Below, piece by piece: positions 20,938-34,300 of a stretch of 64,000 nucleotides of DNA. The notes beneath the pieces are model-generated. The model saw only the letters and a program-made list of their open reading frames with translations, searched no databases and was not told the origin of the DNA. Every line of letters starts with the position of its first letter. The first letter of the stretch is position 1. The translations under genes and the position numbers were made by a program. Origin of the DNA: Ptychomitrium polyphyllum (lineage: Eukaryota). Location: NCBI GenBank assembly GCA_973851085.1, contig OZ316775.1, positions 10,912,001 through 10,976,000 of the forward strand, given 5' to 3'.

Positions 20938-21898
20938 TTGCCATCAGTTACCAAATTGTCAGATATGGCGTAGCCTTCTCTGTCCGCATCATGGTCGACC
21001 TAAAAGGTCTAATCACTTGGCAACAAAGCTTCCTCCACACCGGCACAACCAAGAGGAAACCCTATCAAACGTAGGATGAAATAAGACAGCGCCTATCCCC
21101 TGCACTACAGTATTGCCATCGGTTACCACCAGGTTTATCATACACGGCTCAGCCAGGTCAGTCCGCATCATAGTCGACCTACAAGCCGCATCACTCGGCC
21201 AAGGTACACGGCCACTCCCACGAACACATCAAGGTGACAGTCCTGGTCAGGTGCGACGACCTGACAAACACAGCCACCTTCGACTCACCATGCTGCCACA
21301 TACAACCCTTCGCCTCGCAAAAACGATTGTCCCACCAGTTCCGAAAACGCAACAACCGTCCCGAGCAACTTGGACCAGCGGAGGCGTCCTTGTGGCACCA
21401 TGTCCTTGTCACACTAAGCTCGCAGCTACCTCCAGCCCGGAATCAGTTTGTCGCGTGCAAACAGCGGACACAAAATCCAACTCAGCCAACTCACAATAAC
21501 ACGACCGATGGGCTTCCGGTGTACCCGCCAGTTTGAAAACGACACAACCATGAAGTGTGGTTTGTACCAGTGAAGGGTGAAATTCATGTAGCACCATCTC
21601 ATACTAAGCTGGCAGTTACGTCCAGCCTGTAATCAGTTTGTTGGGTGCAGACATAACCGGCGCGATTCAAAACGTCCGAGTACTGCAGAGGAGCACCCAG
21701 GTTACGACAGTCCCTGGTCAGAGAAACACTGGACACAGCCGTGTCAACTCAGGTTCCATTAGACAACCTCTTAACAGAAAGAACCTACGACCTACAACAC
21801 CCTACTTCCACACTTGCTCGCCATCAGTAACCAGGCTATCAGATATGAGAGCCAATCTGTCCGCATCATGGTCGGCCTCATCGGCCACATCACTTGGC
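20938..21898 (-). ncRNA. Mirror copies of the three box C/D-like elements (20938-21023, 21115-21199, 21820-21898)
   Basis: Part of the right inverted-repeat arm. Confidence 0.35.
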
Positions 21899-22173
21899 TG
21901 CAAGCAAACGACCGACACTTCAACCCGACCTAACAGAATCCGAATAGACTGGGAAAAATGCGACTTCCGCACGCATGTCACAATCCAAGCACAAGGGAGG
22001 GCCTACCATGCAATACTCCTGCCAACACAGCGATGAGTCACATTCACATTCATCCCAGATGGGGCCATACACCGACTTCAGCAGCACATGACCACCCGAC
22101 CCGTGCATCGCACACATTCTCACTGCAAACACCGGTAGTATGAACTGATTCCATTGATAAATTTACAGAATCC

Positions 22174-23468
22174 TTAATCCACCTCCTGCAGGGGTGGAGC
22201 CACATCCGCATCCGTAAACTTCCCCTTCCCTTTCTCTGCAGACCGCCCCTTGCCCTTGCGCTCTAGCAGGGCCTTGCGGTCCTTGTCTAACTTCAGCTTC
22301 GTGATCACCACCTTCGATGTGTCGATGCCCACGTTCACGGTGGCTCCTGCACGCATCACACAGAAAACTCCATCACCTCGTCCCAACCCAGTGCACAGTC
22401 GGCTTCACAATGAAGCCTATACCTCACACGACAAAACCGACCTGAACGCTCAGTGCCCTTAACCCTAATTACGTGCCCGACCAGCAGCACACTACTCACA
22501 ATGCGCAAAGAGCGTGTTCCCAGTTCGAACAGCACAAGGACTAGATTGCGCCTACTCCTCTACTCCGCAGTAGAGCGAACGTGCACGCGAACCCCCAGAG
22601 ACCACGTAACCAGGGCCCAGGAGCCTCGAACAGGCCCGGCCGCAAACAAACATCGACACCACCCTCCACCTTCCACTGCAGCAAGGAACTCACCGTTCAC
22701 TTTCTCACGAGTGATGCGCTCCACATGGATCACCCACTTCCGGCGATACACCTGCACCACCTTTCCTTCCCGGCCCTTGTACGTGCCGCGCACCACCATC
22801 ACTTCGTCATCCTTCCTCACTGGTACAGACCGAACCTGCAACCCACCCACCACACACGTCAACACCCCACTCACTGCGGAGACACGGTCCGACCAGACAC
22901 ACGTCATCCAGAAACCCCGAGTCTGTCGAAGACCACGCCATGTCGACGCCACAGCCCCGAGGACCTCATTTCGCAACTAGATGCAACCAGTTCTCAATGT
23001 TCCAGATTGCTTGTCGCCGAATTACGCCAAGACACGAGCAAGGCCAGCATGACCAACACCGTGTCACTCACATTGTACTTGTTCTTGAGGTCCGAGGACA
23101 GGGCCGCACTCATGAGAATGCGCCTCTCGCTGGAGGGAGCACTGAAGTGTGCCTTCCTCGACTTGCGCCTGGAGCTGCTCACACCTGCATCAACCACACC
23201 CATCTGAGAACGGGACACGAACCTCACTCCAGAGCACCTCATGAACCCAAGGCCTGGGCCTGCGAGCGCACGGACGCCCAGAGAGCCAGGTGATCGAATT
23301 TCCCAAATCTAGGGCTACCTCGCCCATACGCGACGTCTCTCCGGAACGGAACACGGCATCTATTCCGAGTCGCACACCCACCACACAGCACGCGGCCCTA
23401 AACCATCCCGGGCGCTGAAAGTTGCGGAGACAAGGGCGAGAGGGGGACTTACGGGGGGAGAACTTCAT
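22174..23468 (-). CDS. RPL26: 60S ribosomal protein L26 (uL24), copy 2; exons 23453-23468, 23072-23184, 22694-22835, 22174-22346
   Basis: Mirror of copy 1 with the same translation. Confidence 0.97.
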
Positions 23469-26257
23469 GGCTGCGGGCGGGGCTCCGAGGTGCACAGCGA
23501 CGGGGAAGAGGGGGGCAGCCCGCGAAGCCCTGGCGTGGCGATGGCCGTGAAAGACCGACCTCCTCGTCCCCCCTCGCGCTTTAGGGCTCGAACTCTCGTC
23601 CCCCGCCCTTGCCCTAACGGACGCATAGTGCACGAATTCAGCCCCAACGGCCGGACGGACGATCCCGTGGACGAGCGTCCGTCGATGCTCACCCACGGCG
23701 GTGCCTCCGTCTCTGAGTCGTGTATTTCGCCAAGGTTGTCACATGCAGGCTTCCTTCGCGGACGACGCCTAGAGGGTGCCGCGAGTTGGGTCCTGTCGAT
23801 CAGTGCTTGCCGCTTTTTACCTGTATCGTAGACGCGCGGCCGCGGTTGGTCTTCGGCGTGCTGGCTTCGGTGAAGGTCTGGCTGGTTGCTAGGAAATGCT
23901 TGTTGCTTCTTGTCGAAGGAGTCTTTGTGCAATCATCAGCTTTGGCGGGCGGAGGCGCGTCGCTGTCATTCACGTGCAGTTGACTGGGGTTGGAGACCAC
24001 GTCATTGCGTCGCATTAGTCGGTTTTTTTTGCTTTGTGGAGAGCATTTATCTGACTCTCGGTTTAGAGTCTCTTTGGATAGCGTATAGTTTCGGAGTGGA
24101 GTGCAGATGTTTGGGGTGCCCGGTCGGGACTGTTTTGGAGGGACTTACCGCCAGGTTAACTTATTGTCCTTAGAGGCTGGGGAGTCGATAGAGCTTTCGG
24201 GGACTTGGTGGTAGGGAAACAGTACAAAGCCCGGGGTTTGTTTGTTGAGTTGACGTAGGCGTGGATTTGTTTTCTGAGGGATCAGTGTTGTTTTAGAACT
24301 AATTGTTCTTTACTGCGGGGTGAAGCGTTTCGAGGAATTGCGTTTGAAGTCTTTGGGAGTGTTTTTTGGGTTAGAGTTAAGATGGCTTGCCGACCACTCG
24401 GGTTCCTCATTGGTCTGCCGTTCATGCTGATCGGCTTTGTGCTATCCGTGATTGGCGTTGTGCTATGGATTCTTGCGTAAGTGTCTTATTGTTTTTTGAT
24501 TGTGTGCTGATTCTCCTGCCGTTTTGCTGTCTTTGCCACGGTTTTTTACGCTTTGTTTTCATTGTTTTTGTAGTTGAGTCCAGTGCACATAGCCCTTGAG
24601 GACTTCTTCAAGGGAATAAGACTTTTGAAGCTTCCTTTGAACACTGTACTGGAATGGTGCACAATGATAAGCCCAACCTTTTGGACATGGTTTTCAATTT
24701 TTTTGCTCATGTGTACTGCTGTCTGATAAAGGCTCGACACTGCGTTGTGTGCTGAACTCAGCTACGATGTTTGAGACTTCTGTGATAGGCTTGAGAACAG
24801 GGTAGAGAGCTGGAGATTTTTAGTCTTTTTACTCCTGTAGCATTTGAATTCGTACAGAAGGCAGAGTGCATGAAGTCGGTGCTGACAAGTGAACGCCGTC
24901 TGTTGTGATGTTGCTGTGCAGGTCGATCCTGGTGTGTCTTTGCCCTTGTTGTATCTGTTGTGCGCCTCTTCCTCCTCTTGCCGTGAGCCTTATCAAAGCT
25001 CCTGTCAGCATCATCTACTGGTTCACTGAGCAAATACCTTGTTGAAGTTACAGAAGATGCTAGTGTAGCACACTTACGCTCATTACTTGTGATTATTTTG
25101 AAAGAACTTTTCAGAATAAACACCACATTGGAAGCGAAGGTAAGGCTGCTGACTACAGAACTGCAATATATGTTACTTCAGCTGCTTTTCAATTCTTTGC
25201 TAGAAAGTTTGGAGGAAACACTGAAACCTGGAGTTGGAAGATACAGAATAATTAGGGTGTTGCACAGGATACTTTGTGGCCTAGCGGTTTTGTCGTTTCC
25301 CGAATGTTGTACACAAAGCCGTCCACGATATAAAGATTTCCTGATCTCTCTCAGACTGTTTTCCACACGAGTATCCGTTATGTTGTGAAGAGAGATGCAT
25401 GACCTGTGAGTACTGAAGTTGAATTCGTGGTACCGGCAGTTCTGGATGTTTACTCTACAACGGTGCTGTCTTTGAACGATGTGTTACCTTCACTTACTCA
25501 AGAGTGTGTTCCTTATCAGAAGCATCAAGAGTGTTTTCCTTTCACCCATCCACATTCTTTACTGTATTCTTACACGGTTCAGTGAAATACCAATTCGGTC
25601 ATGTAGACTTTAGAAATCACACACCAGTTGTCTCTCTTGATATCTTCCTCCGTGGCAGCAAACTGCATACGCTCCCTTCCATTATGTCATAATGCAGTGG
25701 TGTGACCAGGGACAGCTTTGGCATCTGGGAGGCTTGTGTGAACTAAGAGAGCGGAACGAGTTCTAATTGGAATGAAAGCATGCTTCCTAATGAATTCCGC
25801 AAACGAGAGCATTTGTGTAGGCGCCCACTGCCTTTACAGAAAGAAGGCCTCAGTCCCCCATATCATAACATGGAATGGTTCAAAGACCTACTCGGAGGGG
25901 AATGGAACAGTCATCCATCCAGAATATTTCCACAGTGCAGGTCACCAAAATATTATGGAAAAGTTTGCAGAATCTTTCAGAAGCGAACATTCTCGTGTAG
26001 TAAGCCATGGCATTCTAAACTGGGGATAACGTCCGCGGGGACTTGGCAACGGAATCGCACTGCGCAGGGGCACCAGGATGAGATCACCTGCAGTGGTGGT
26101 GAGAATTGTTCTGCACACCCATCCGCCATCGCCATCGCCACCACCACCGCAGGGGAGGGGTCGCTGGTGAAAGGGGTCCATGCTCTGCACCTGAGTTGTC
26201 ACGAAGTGTCATTGTGTTCTTTCTCGCTCTGCTGAGGGGGTCGCACAATTGGACGCC

Positions 26258-28832
26258 ATGGCGGCCCGTGCCCTATACACCGTAGGATTCTGGATTCGCG
26301 AGACGGGCCAGGCGCTCGATCGCACCGGCTGCCGCTTGCAGGGCAACTATGTCTTCCGGGAGGAGTGTGAGTCGCAGTCCTTTCTTATCACCCCATTTAA
26401 CTCTCAGGATGTGCGGAGTTGTGTGTTACTGGCGTTTAGGGTTCTGTGTTGTCTGCCATGGCCACATTCTCTGGAGCTCAGATCGGAAGCGGGTTAGCGT
26501 CTCGTCACGATTCTTTTCGAGTGACATTGTTGCGATTAGGCCGAATTCGGATTAGCTCTATTATTGTAAGGAGTTTCAGGTTTCAGGTTTCGAGGACTGA
26601 TCGTATGGAGTAGGACTTTTGCGGAATTGCTGGGATTTGATGCGTTTTGTAACCGATGTTCTCAATTATCGTCTGGAAGCGGATTGTTTGCAAATGCGGC
26701 CGCTTTTGTGGGGATTACCGAGGTCATGATTTGGGGTTCGTTGTGAGAGGTTTACGCTCTGCAGGAGTTCTTGAGTCGCTTGTTAGGACTCTGAGAAACG
26801 CAAGGTGCAATGTGTTGCTTCCCACTGCAAACGTGAATATCTTAAGACGATGATGACTTCCTTTTATGCTGATGTGGTTTCTTCTTGGTTTCTTCTATGG
26901 ACGACTGCGAACTGGAACTTTCATTTATTGAAGTTCATGGTTTCCCTGGATTAAAACTCTAGTTCGTTCATTGGAAGTTCTGCACTATTAGTGGGTTTAA
27001 TGGTGCAGCTAAGTTTTTTTTGTGATTAAAGGCGTACACACATGGTTGAAAGAACTGACTGTCAGAGGCTTGAGTTTACGGAAACAATTGTTCCAGTGTA
27101 TGAGTAACCTAGTCCCAAACGCTTAGGTGCGCGTTGAATTTTCTATTGTGAGATATACATGGTGAATGTATATCGGTTGTCCAAACCTTATCGTGGTTAG
27201 CATTATACAACTGCTCAAGATGTACTTGAAAAGAATGCGGAATATCTCCTGCCTTGCCATTGGCGTGCTTTTGCGAGACGTCCTGGTGGCACCTCCTTGT
27301 GCCAGCCTTGCTGTTATTGGATTCAATCGGTCAATTCGCTTATAGATTTATGCATTTATGGAAATATTTGTTCAGTGTCAAGCGTAGTTCAATGTCTGGA
27401 GTTATTTGTTTGCGGGAGTCTCAGCTAATCCATGTTCTTATGACGTTTGTTCTCAGTGTCGAGGCATCGACCATTGATGAATCTTTTCGATAAAGAGCCC
27501 AATGTTGCTGAAGATGCATTCATCGCGCCTAGTGTATCCCTTGTTGGTGATGTTCAAGTTGGATCCAAGTCCTCCATTTGGTATGACTGTGTGCTCAGGG
27601 GTAAGTGATTGATCTTATTTGAGCAGTCATCTTGTCTATTATTTGTACTTGATGGCGTTATCAGATTATGAGACGGATTCTGGATGTGGAATTTGGTTTA
27701 TGTTGAGTACGTTCTGAGTGTTGTCAAACTATGTGATAGGGGATGCAAATAAAGTAATAATTGGTTCTGAGACAAACATTCAAGATCACTCTCTTGTTAC
27801 TGTTGGTGGTTCTCGCTTTAGTGGTGGTAATGCTCCCACTGTCATTGGCAACAAGGTGACCATAGGTGAGTATTCTCGACATTGAGGAAGAATTCGGAAT
27901 TCTTGTCTGCAGTTTTCAGTGGTCGGTCCAGCCAGAATCCTTTAAGTACTTGCTAGTGGTGAGGGTCTATGCTATAAATCATTTGCAAATGCTTCCTCAT
28001 AGTATTTAGAGATAGAGAGTGTATTAGGAGATTCATGATGCTGAGGTTGTATGCTGGAAATGGGTGCAGGGCATAGTGCAGTTATTCATGCTTGCACTGT
28101 GGACGACGGGGCATTTGTCGGCATGGGTGCAACTCTTCTAGATGGTGTGGTCGTAGAGCAGGGTGCATTTGTCGCTGCAGGATCGATGGTCACTGAAAAT
28201 ACCCGCATTCCTGCTGGCCAGGTCTTTCTCCTTTCAGTCTTGAACTGTTTTAGTTTGATTTCATTCCTCAGAGCTTGCAGCTGGGTTGTTTTCGTTTTCA
28301 GTGTCTAGTTTCTTGTCATTAGAGGGCTTTATTTACAATTCTTTTCTCGAAGAATCTTGTTTGCATACAAAGATGGCATTCGTATACTGTTGTTACATAG
28401 CAGGTTCATCATTTTTTAATTCTAAAAATAGATGACGAATAGTTTGGGAAATTATTTTCCAAAAGTAATTTTATGCAAGGGGGGAAATGAGTTTAGAAGA
28501 TCATTCGTTTGCGAAATCTATTTTAGAAAATATTAAGATGCACGTCAAGGTAGTGACGAGCCTGCTACGTGACTACAGTACTCATAAATTTTGGGTATCT
28601 TGTATCATTCATGTCTGAGCAGATCTGGGCTGGAAATCCGGCGAAGTTCTTGAGGGAGTTAACGGATAATGAAGGTGCGTTCATCCCGAGGTCTGCAGAC
28701 AATTATTCGGAATTGGGAGCTGCACATGCTGAGGCAAATGCCAAAATCTTCCATGATGTGACTGCTGTTCAAGTGAAAACCGAAGAACAATGTCCAGAAT
28801 TGACTGGGGAAACTGCCCCGGCTGCCCTGTAA
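26258..28832 (+). CDS. Gamma carbonic anhydrase family protein (mitochondrial complex I CA-domain type); exons 26258-26366, 27457-27600, 27740-27865, 28070-28221, 28623-28832
   Basis: MAARALYTVGFWIRETGQALDRTGCRLQGNYVFREELSRHRPLMNLFDK..GDVQVGSKSSIWYDCVLRGDANKVIIGSETNIQDHSLV..IGHSAVIHACTVDDGAFVGMGATLLDGVVVE..IWAGNPAKFLREL; hexapeptide-repeat pattern; GT-AG introns. Confidence 0.93.
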
Positions 28833-31375
28833 AAGTATCGAGAATTAGTTTCCCGTTAGTTTAGTATCATGAGAGGTTATTCCACCATGGGTATGGAAGC
28901 AATCGGTTCCTGTTTTTCCAGGTTTTGCAGAATTGTCATATTTTATGTCTAACATTAGGGATTTACCCTTCACAGATTGGTCAGGTCTGGAGACATTGGT
29001 CTTACAGTTTACTGAGGTTCCAAATCAAAGCTTGATATTCAAACACATTAGAGTTACCCTGAAAGTACCCGTGGGTTTGTCAAGGTGTATCCCGGGCATA
29101 ATATTGCTTGATGGTCCCAAAAAATGACTAGTTTACACACGATTCAAGACACTAGGACATCTACAGTAAGCTTGATGGTATACCGGGCCCTTGTTTTCAA
29201 ATCCTCACATTGACAAGAGACAGTCTTCTGAACTAATCCTCACATGGTGTATGAGAACAGAATGGTCTATGCATGTATTCTGTTCCTGATGTAAATATGG
29301 TAGCACCTAACCTGTTTTGAAGTAGTACCAAAGATTTCTGCAATCTCTAACTCAAAGATCTTGGAACTCGTCATGTTCCAATCAAACTCTATCAAAGTGA
29401 AGAAATTCCTTACTTGGAAATGCTCGGACTCAAATATATCCTCACCTTTCATGGCATAGGTCTAGATGTCGGTTGACTAAGGCCAAACAATTTTGAAACA
29501 AGTGTTTCAAATCCATATCCCGAGAGCCAGTTAATTTAATGAAACTAAAATTAATTTGCTTTTTTTGTTCAAATTATTTGTTTATAAAATGCCATATACA
29601 ACATTTCTTAGAGAATAACAAGATTGTTAGTAGAAATCGATTTATCTGTTCCCAGCTCTATTTTTGAGATATAACAAAAAGAAGTTAGGGTACAACAAAA
29701 TGAAGTCAATATTTTAGATAGAAATATCAAATCTTGTAAGGAGATATGATGGTTCCATGCGACTGTAACCATTACGTTTATAAAGTTTCCAAAATTTGGT
29801 ACTAAATTGAACAAAGTACCATTCCAGTTTTTAAATTAATTATTATATACCAAATAGAACCAATTTAGAGATGTATTATTGTACATGTACTAACAATAAA
29901 GGAGGAAAACGTTGTTTGTCATGGATGGTTTAACTACCAGCATTGAATAGTAAATTTGCATAGTATGTTTTACACAATTAGTTTAGAATGCCATTTGTAG
30001 AAATTTAATATTGAATTCCATCCTCCAATAGGTGCATAATGCAGAGCTGTGTATGAAGGAAGCTCACTGATCTTACATTTGCACAACAATAAACCATCAT
30101 TGCTTCCGCATATGAACTTCAATTTCTTCACTTCAATTAGCAACTTCTTAGGAAACCGTTTCTCATTGCAAAAGCTTCTAACAACTAGGGTCCACAACCG
30201 CATCCACTAGAAGAAAGCTGATAACCTTAGATGAAGAGGATCAACATCATTCACGATGGTTGATCGAACTTCCTCCTTGGCTTCCTCCAGCTTCTTACAA
30301 GCTTCAAGAATTCGAGAACCATAAGGAACGAGTAACAAGTATTTTGAGCACCTCGACAGGACCATCAAAGGAGAACTCTGATAATAGACGTATACTGTTG
30401 GTAAGCTGAAGATTGAACTAAAATACGTTTTATAGATCTGCTCTTGATACATAAGAGCAATTGACTTTAGCCAACTCGAAAATAGAAAAAAGTCAATATA
30501 GGCCCTGGATCACATGGACTTGAGTAAGATCTTAATAGCCATTCGTCGTTGACAGAGCAGCCCCTCCATCCACTCACTCATTCATGCAGCCTCCTTCATG
30601 CCGAGTCTGCATCCCGGACCCCGTTTCTAGTCCTCCAACTCCCATCTTTCTTCCAATGCTCTTTTCCTGAGCTCACCTCCCCACTTCAGATTTCCCAATT
30701 GTGCTCTCCCAGATGCTTATTCATCAGGATCGCAATTTTGTCCAAGGCCAATAAGATTGATTTATGCTCGTCTTGAGTTTGCACGTTGCAACCTCAACCA
30801 GTAGCATCAGTAAGACAAGACCATGAGCGATCAAGGCGAAACTCTAAGCAGCACAAATGAAAAACACTAGAAACAACACTGGGAACAGGAGCAGAGAAGG
30901 ACCAATCATTACAAAGAAGAACAAGCACCACAAAGACGAACAAAAGGAGTATCACATCGATTAGTCTCAGAAGTTTAAGAACTGTAAAGCTCAAAATAGA
31001 TCTAGCTCAGCAAAGGACCTTACAGACATGCATTGAATCAGACACTCTTTGCTGTGTGTATTGAGCCAATCATACTAGCAGATGCGACTGTTACATCTAG
31101 CCTTCAGCTTATCAAAATTTGAAAATCGAAAATAAATTCAGAACAAATATATTGTAAATGGACAGAACATCAATTTCTACGACATTTTCTACAGAGGATT
31201 ATCAAGGCCTAGACCATGAACGTTTCAAAGATCAAGAAAATTTTGAGCTCACCCAATTATATTGAAATTCTGACGGGATAAGTACCCGCCCTGTTCAGGA
31301 ACAACTTGTACCTGTCTGTAATTTTGACAAATGTCTAAATAAGAAATGTGTCAAATGAATTCCTGGTGATCAAAT

Positions 31376-34300
31376 TCAATCCAACATAGCATTGTACCAA
31401 AATGCTTGCGCCTGAAGGGTATTAGAGTCCCTATACTTCCGGCCACTACCAACCATGACCATACCGTCTAACCAATCCTCGTACTGCACCCAAGAGTCAC
31501 GTCCAAAGTCCAAGACAGCAAGAACCTGATCAAACATTCAGCATCATCAATGCATCCGTAAATATAACTGCCAATCATTTCAATAGCCCTAGCCAAGTTA
31601 ATAAACTCCTCACCCAACTCAGATGCAGGAAAAGCACATTCCATCAAACACTCGCAACATACTCACATCAAAATCACTGTCAGCCTAGAGCTTAGAAATA
31701 TTACAGTTTTCGAAACACTTACCGCACCACCTTTCCACATGATATTCATTGGAGCCATTCGATTTTGAAGAACCTGCCAAACGAAACGGAAGTTCTGAAC
31801 TCAGCATATATGATCGTGGAAATTATGTCATCATAAATAGTAGTATAATCTAGGAGCTCATGAGCAAGGATTAACGTCTGGACAGCCATCGAGTTTCATG
31901 CAAAGCATCAGAGATTGAATACCTCCACAGTATCCACAGCTTCATCCACAGGTATAGCATGCAGAACCCTGAAAAATTTCCCAGGGACTCGTCAGAAAAG
32001 ATAAGTCGGTAAATCAGCTTGACCTATTTTATTGCCCATCATGCGCAGTCAACAATATGCAACACCCGTAGACGAAGGACAAAGTAAATTTCCAGTTCCC
32101 CTGAAAAAGATTTACCTCTCCTCAACAGCATCAACCAACCCTTTCGTTGACCCAACGCCACCAACCTAACAACAGCCCACATAAGGGCGATTACAGCTTT
32201 TCTGTAGATCAACAAAACCTTTAAGACATTTGTAATGAAATTAAGAAAGCTGTGTGTGCCGCTTGTAAAAGACAGAAAATACTCCAAAGCAAAAACGTTT
32301 TGCCTGTCCAGGGAATTGGAAACTAAATCACGAATCTAGAAAAATAAAATACGCCAGTCTGAAATCACGACATCAAAATGGTGCAATATTTCAGGCGAAA
32401 CCAACCAGCTGAATACTTGCAAAGAGCTTCTTCTGAAGATCCACACGTCCTGTAATTTCAAAGAAGCAAAAGTTAATAAACAAAGCACACTAACGGACCA
32501 CCAAATAACAGGAGAAAAAGTTAAATTTGAAATGCAGTACTCTTCGGAACATAATCCTGAATAATGGCAGCCTAACTCGCTCAAAGTAAAAGCTACACAC
32601 AAAAACCGCACCTAATGATAGAATGCTTTTAACAATAGCTTGTGCAAGACCACTAGAAAATTCCTCAAAATCTTTCTTCTCTTTGTCTTCAAAGTCGTAT
32701 GGATCAGAATCATTATTGATAGAGTTTCCATTGACACTGCCATTGGCTACTCCTATTTCATTTGTATCAAGACGTCGACCAGCTTCAGAAAAAGTATCGT
32801 CTGTAGTATCTTCATGATCTATGTGATACCTGCAACAGGCCACTATCATCTAAGGAATACGAATTCCAATGCTACTGCATGAGCACTCTCAGGTTTAGAA
32901 TCCAAATAGGTTACTGCTTTTCATCTTACAAGAATTCATTGACAACTGGTTCAACACAAGGGCCAGCGCAGACGCCCACCGACGCATGAAAGACAACTAC
33001 AATAAAGAGAGTATGAATTATAAAGACAAACCAGGGTCGAGGAAGGGCCGAAAACTCCTCCAACGCAAAAAGCGAAGGGTAAAATAGTCCCATAGGTGGA
33101 ACCTGCAATATGAAATCTAGACAGATCAGTCACGTACAGAAAATGACAACATCTTGGACTGTGATACTCTGGACAAGCGGACTAAGACTTGGCGAATCAG
33201 GACAGCGGACAGAATGGATATGAAGTCAACAATAAAAGAGTACCAACCGCTGAAATGTATAAACCTTTTATAATAGCACATATAACCACACAACAGTAAC
33301 TAAGTGCAAGGAAGTAGTGTTTTAGTACACACGTTTAGAGAAGACAATACGACCGTGTACACTCGAGTTGGCTCGCCTGCCATGCGACACCGGATATCAG
33401 CCGTAGTATGCTGCTCACCTTCCTGTACAAAGCAGAGATAAGCAAGGTGGGAGCTCAAACACCTCAACAATCACTGTCCTTCGGCCCACACACTAATGAC
33501 AAGAAAAGCATAAAACATCCTATTCTTTGTTGACAGTTGCTGTGCAAAGTGTAGAGCAGAATGCACATGCTTACAAAAAGCACGCAATGAATCTCCTTCA
33601 ACTTCTCAAGAGTTTGAAAGTCCAATGGATCACGTAAAGGATCAGTGTCGGCAAGGGGCCATGTCTTCTTTCGGTGTTGGACCCACAATAAACACCTAGT
33701 GATGTCCTGCATTCAATAGAACGGGCTGAAATATAAATTCGTCAAACTCCAACATTGGATAACACCAGCACCTACGTATTTTTAAAAGAAATGAAGAATC
33801 TCAGCACGGAACATGCTTAGGTACTAGAGGCGTGCCAAAAGGGATCTGCAATAGGGATGTGTAATACAAGGCAAATAGAAGGCACATACATCTCCACCAT
33901 AAGGCAGCAAAAATCGTGTTGATGGAATAGCAACCCCTTCCTGTAAAACCACATGAAATTTTTGCTTTAATTACTGTCTTCAAGAACCCCAAGTTGCAAG
34001 AGTTTATCTGATGAATAACCTCTTAGAAACATTCACACAAGAAGTCTTATCCACTAGAACGTTCATAGTCAACATATACGCTAAGCACTTTCGATGTGAT
34101 TTTCAGAGAATATTCTGTAAATCTAGCGACTAGAAGAATCCCACACATGAGATGCAAAATAGGAGATACTCGAAGCAATCCTTGTTCATGATGAAATATT
34201 CTGGACTTAGAAATGCTATTTAAAGATCAATGGCAGATATATGGAGCTTCTGGACCTGCATACCTCAACACACATGCCTGAAATAACTTGTGAACCCATA

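Larger units (their letters stand above)
20589..23598 (-). repeat. Right arm of the 3010-bp inverted repeat containing RPL26
   Basis: Reverse complement of 15685-18694. Confidence 0.95.

Noticed and set aside
24560..26030. Coding-like fragments between RPL26 copy 2 and the gamma-CA gene
   Set aside because: Short interrupted frames with no recognisable family.
30100..30800. Short ORFs between the gamma-CA and ARP9 3' ends
   Set aside because: No recognisable homology or exon structure.
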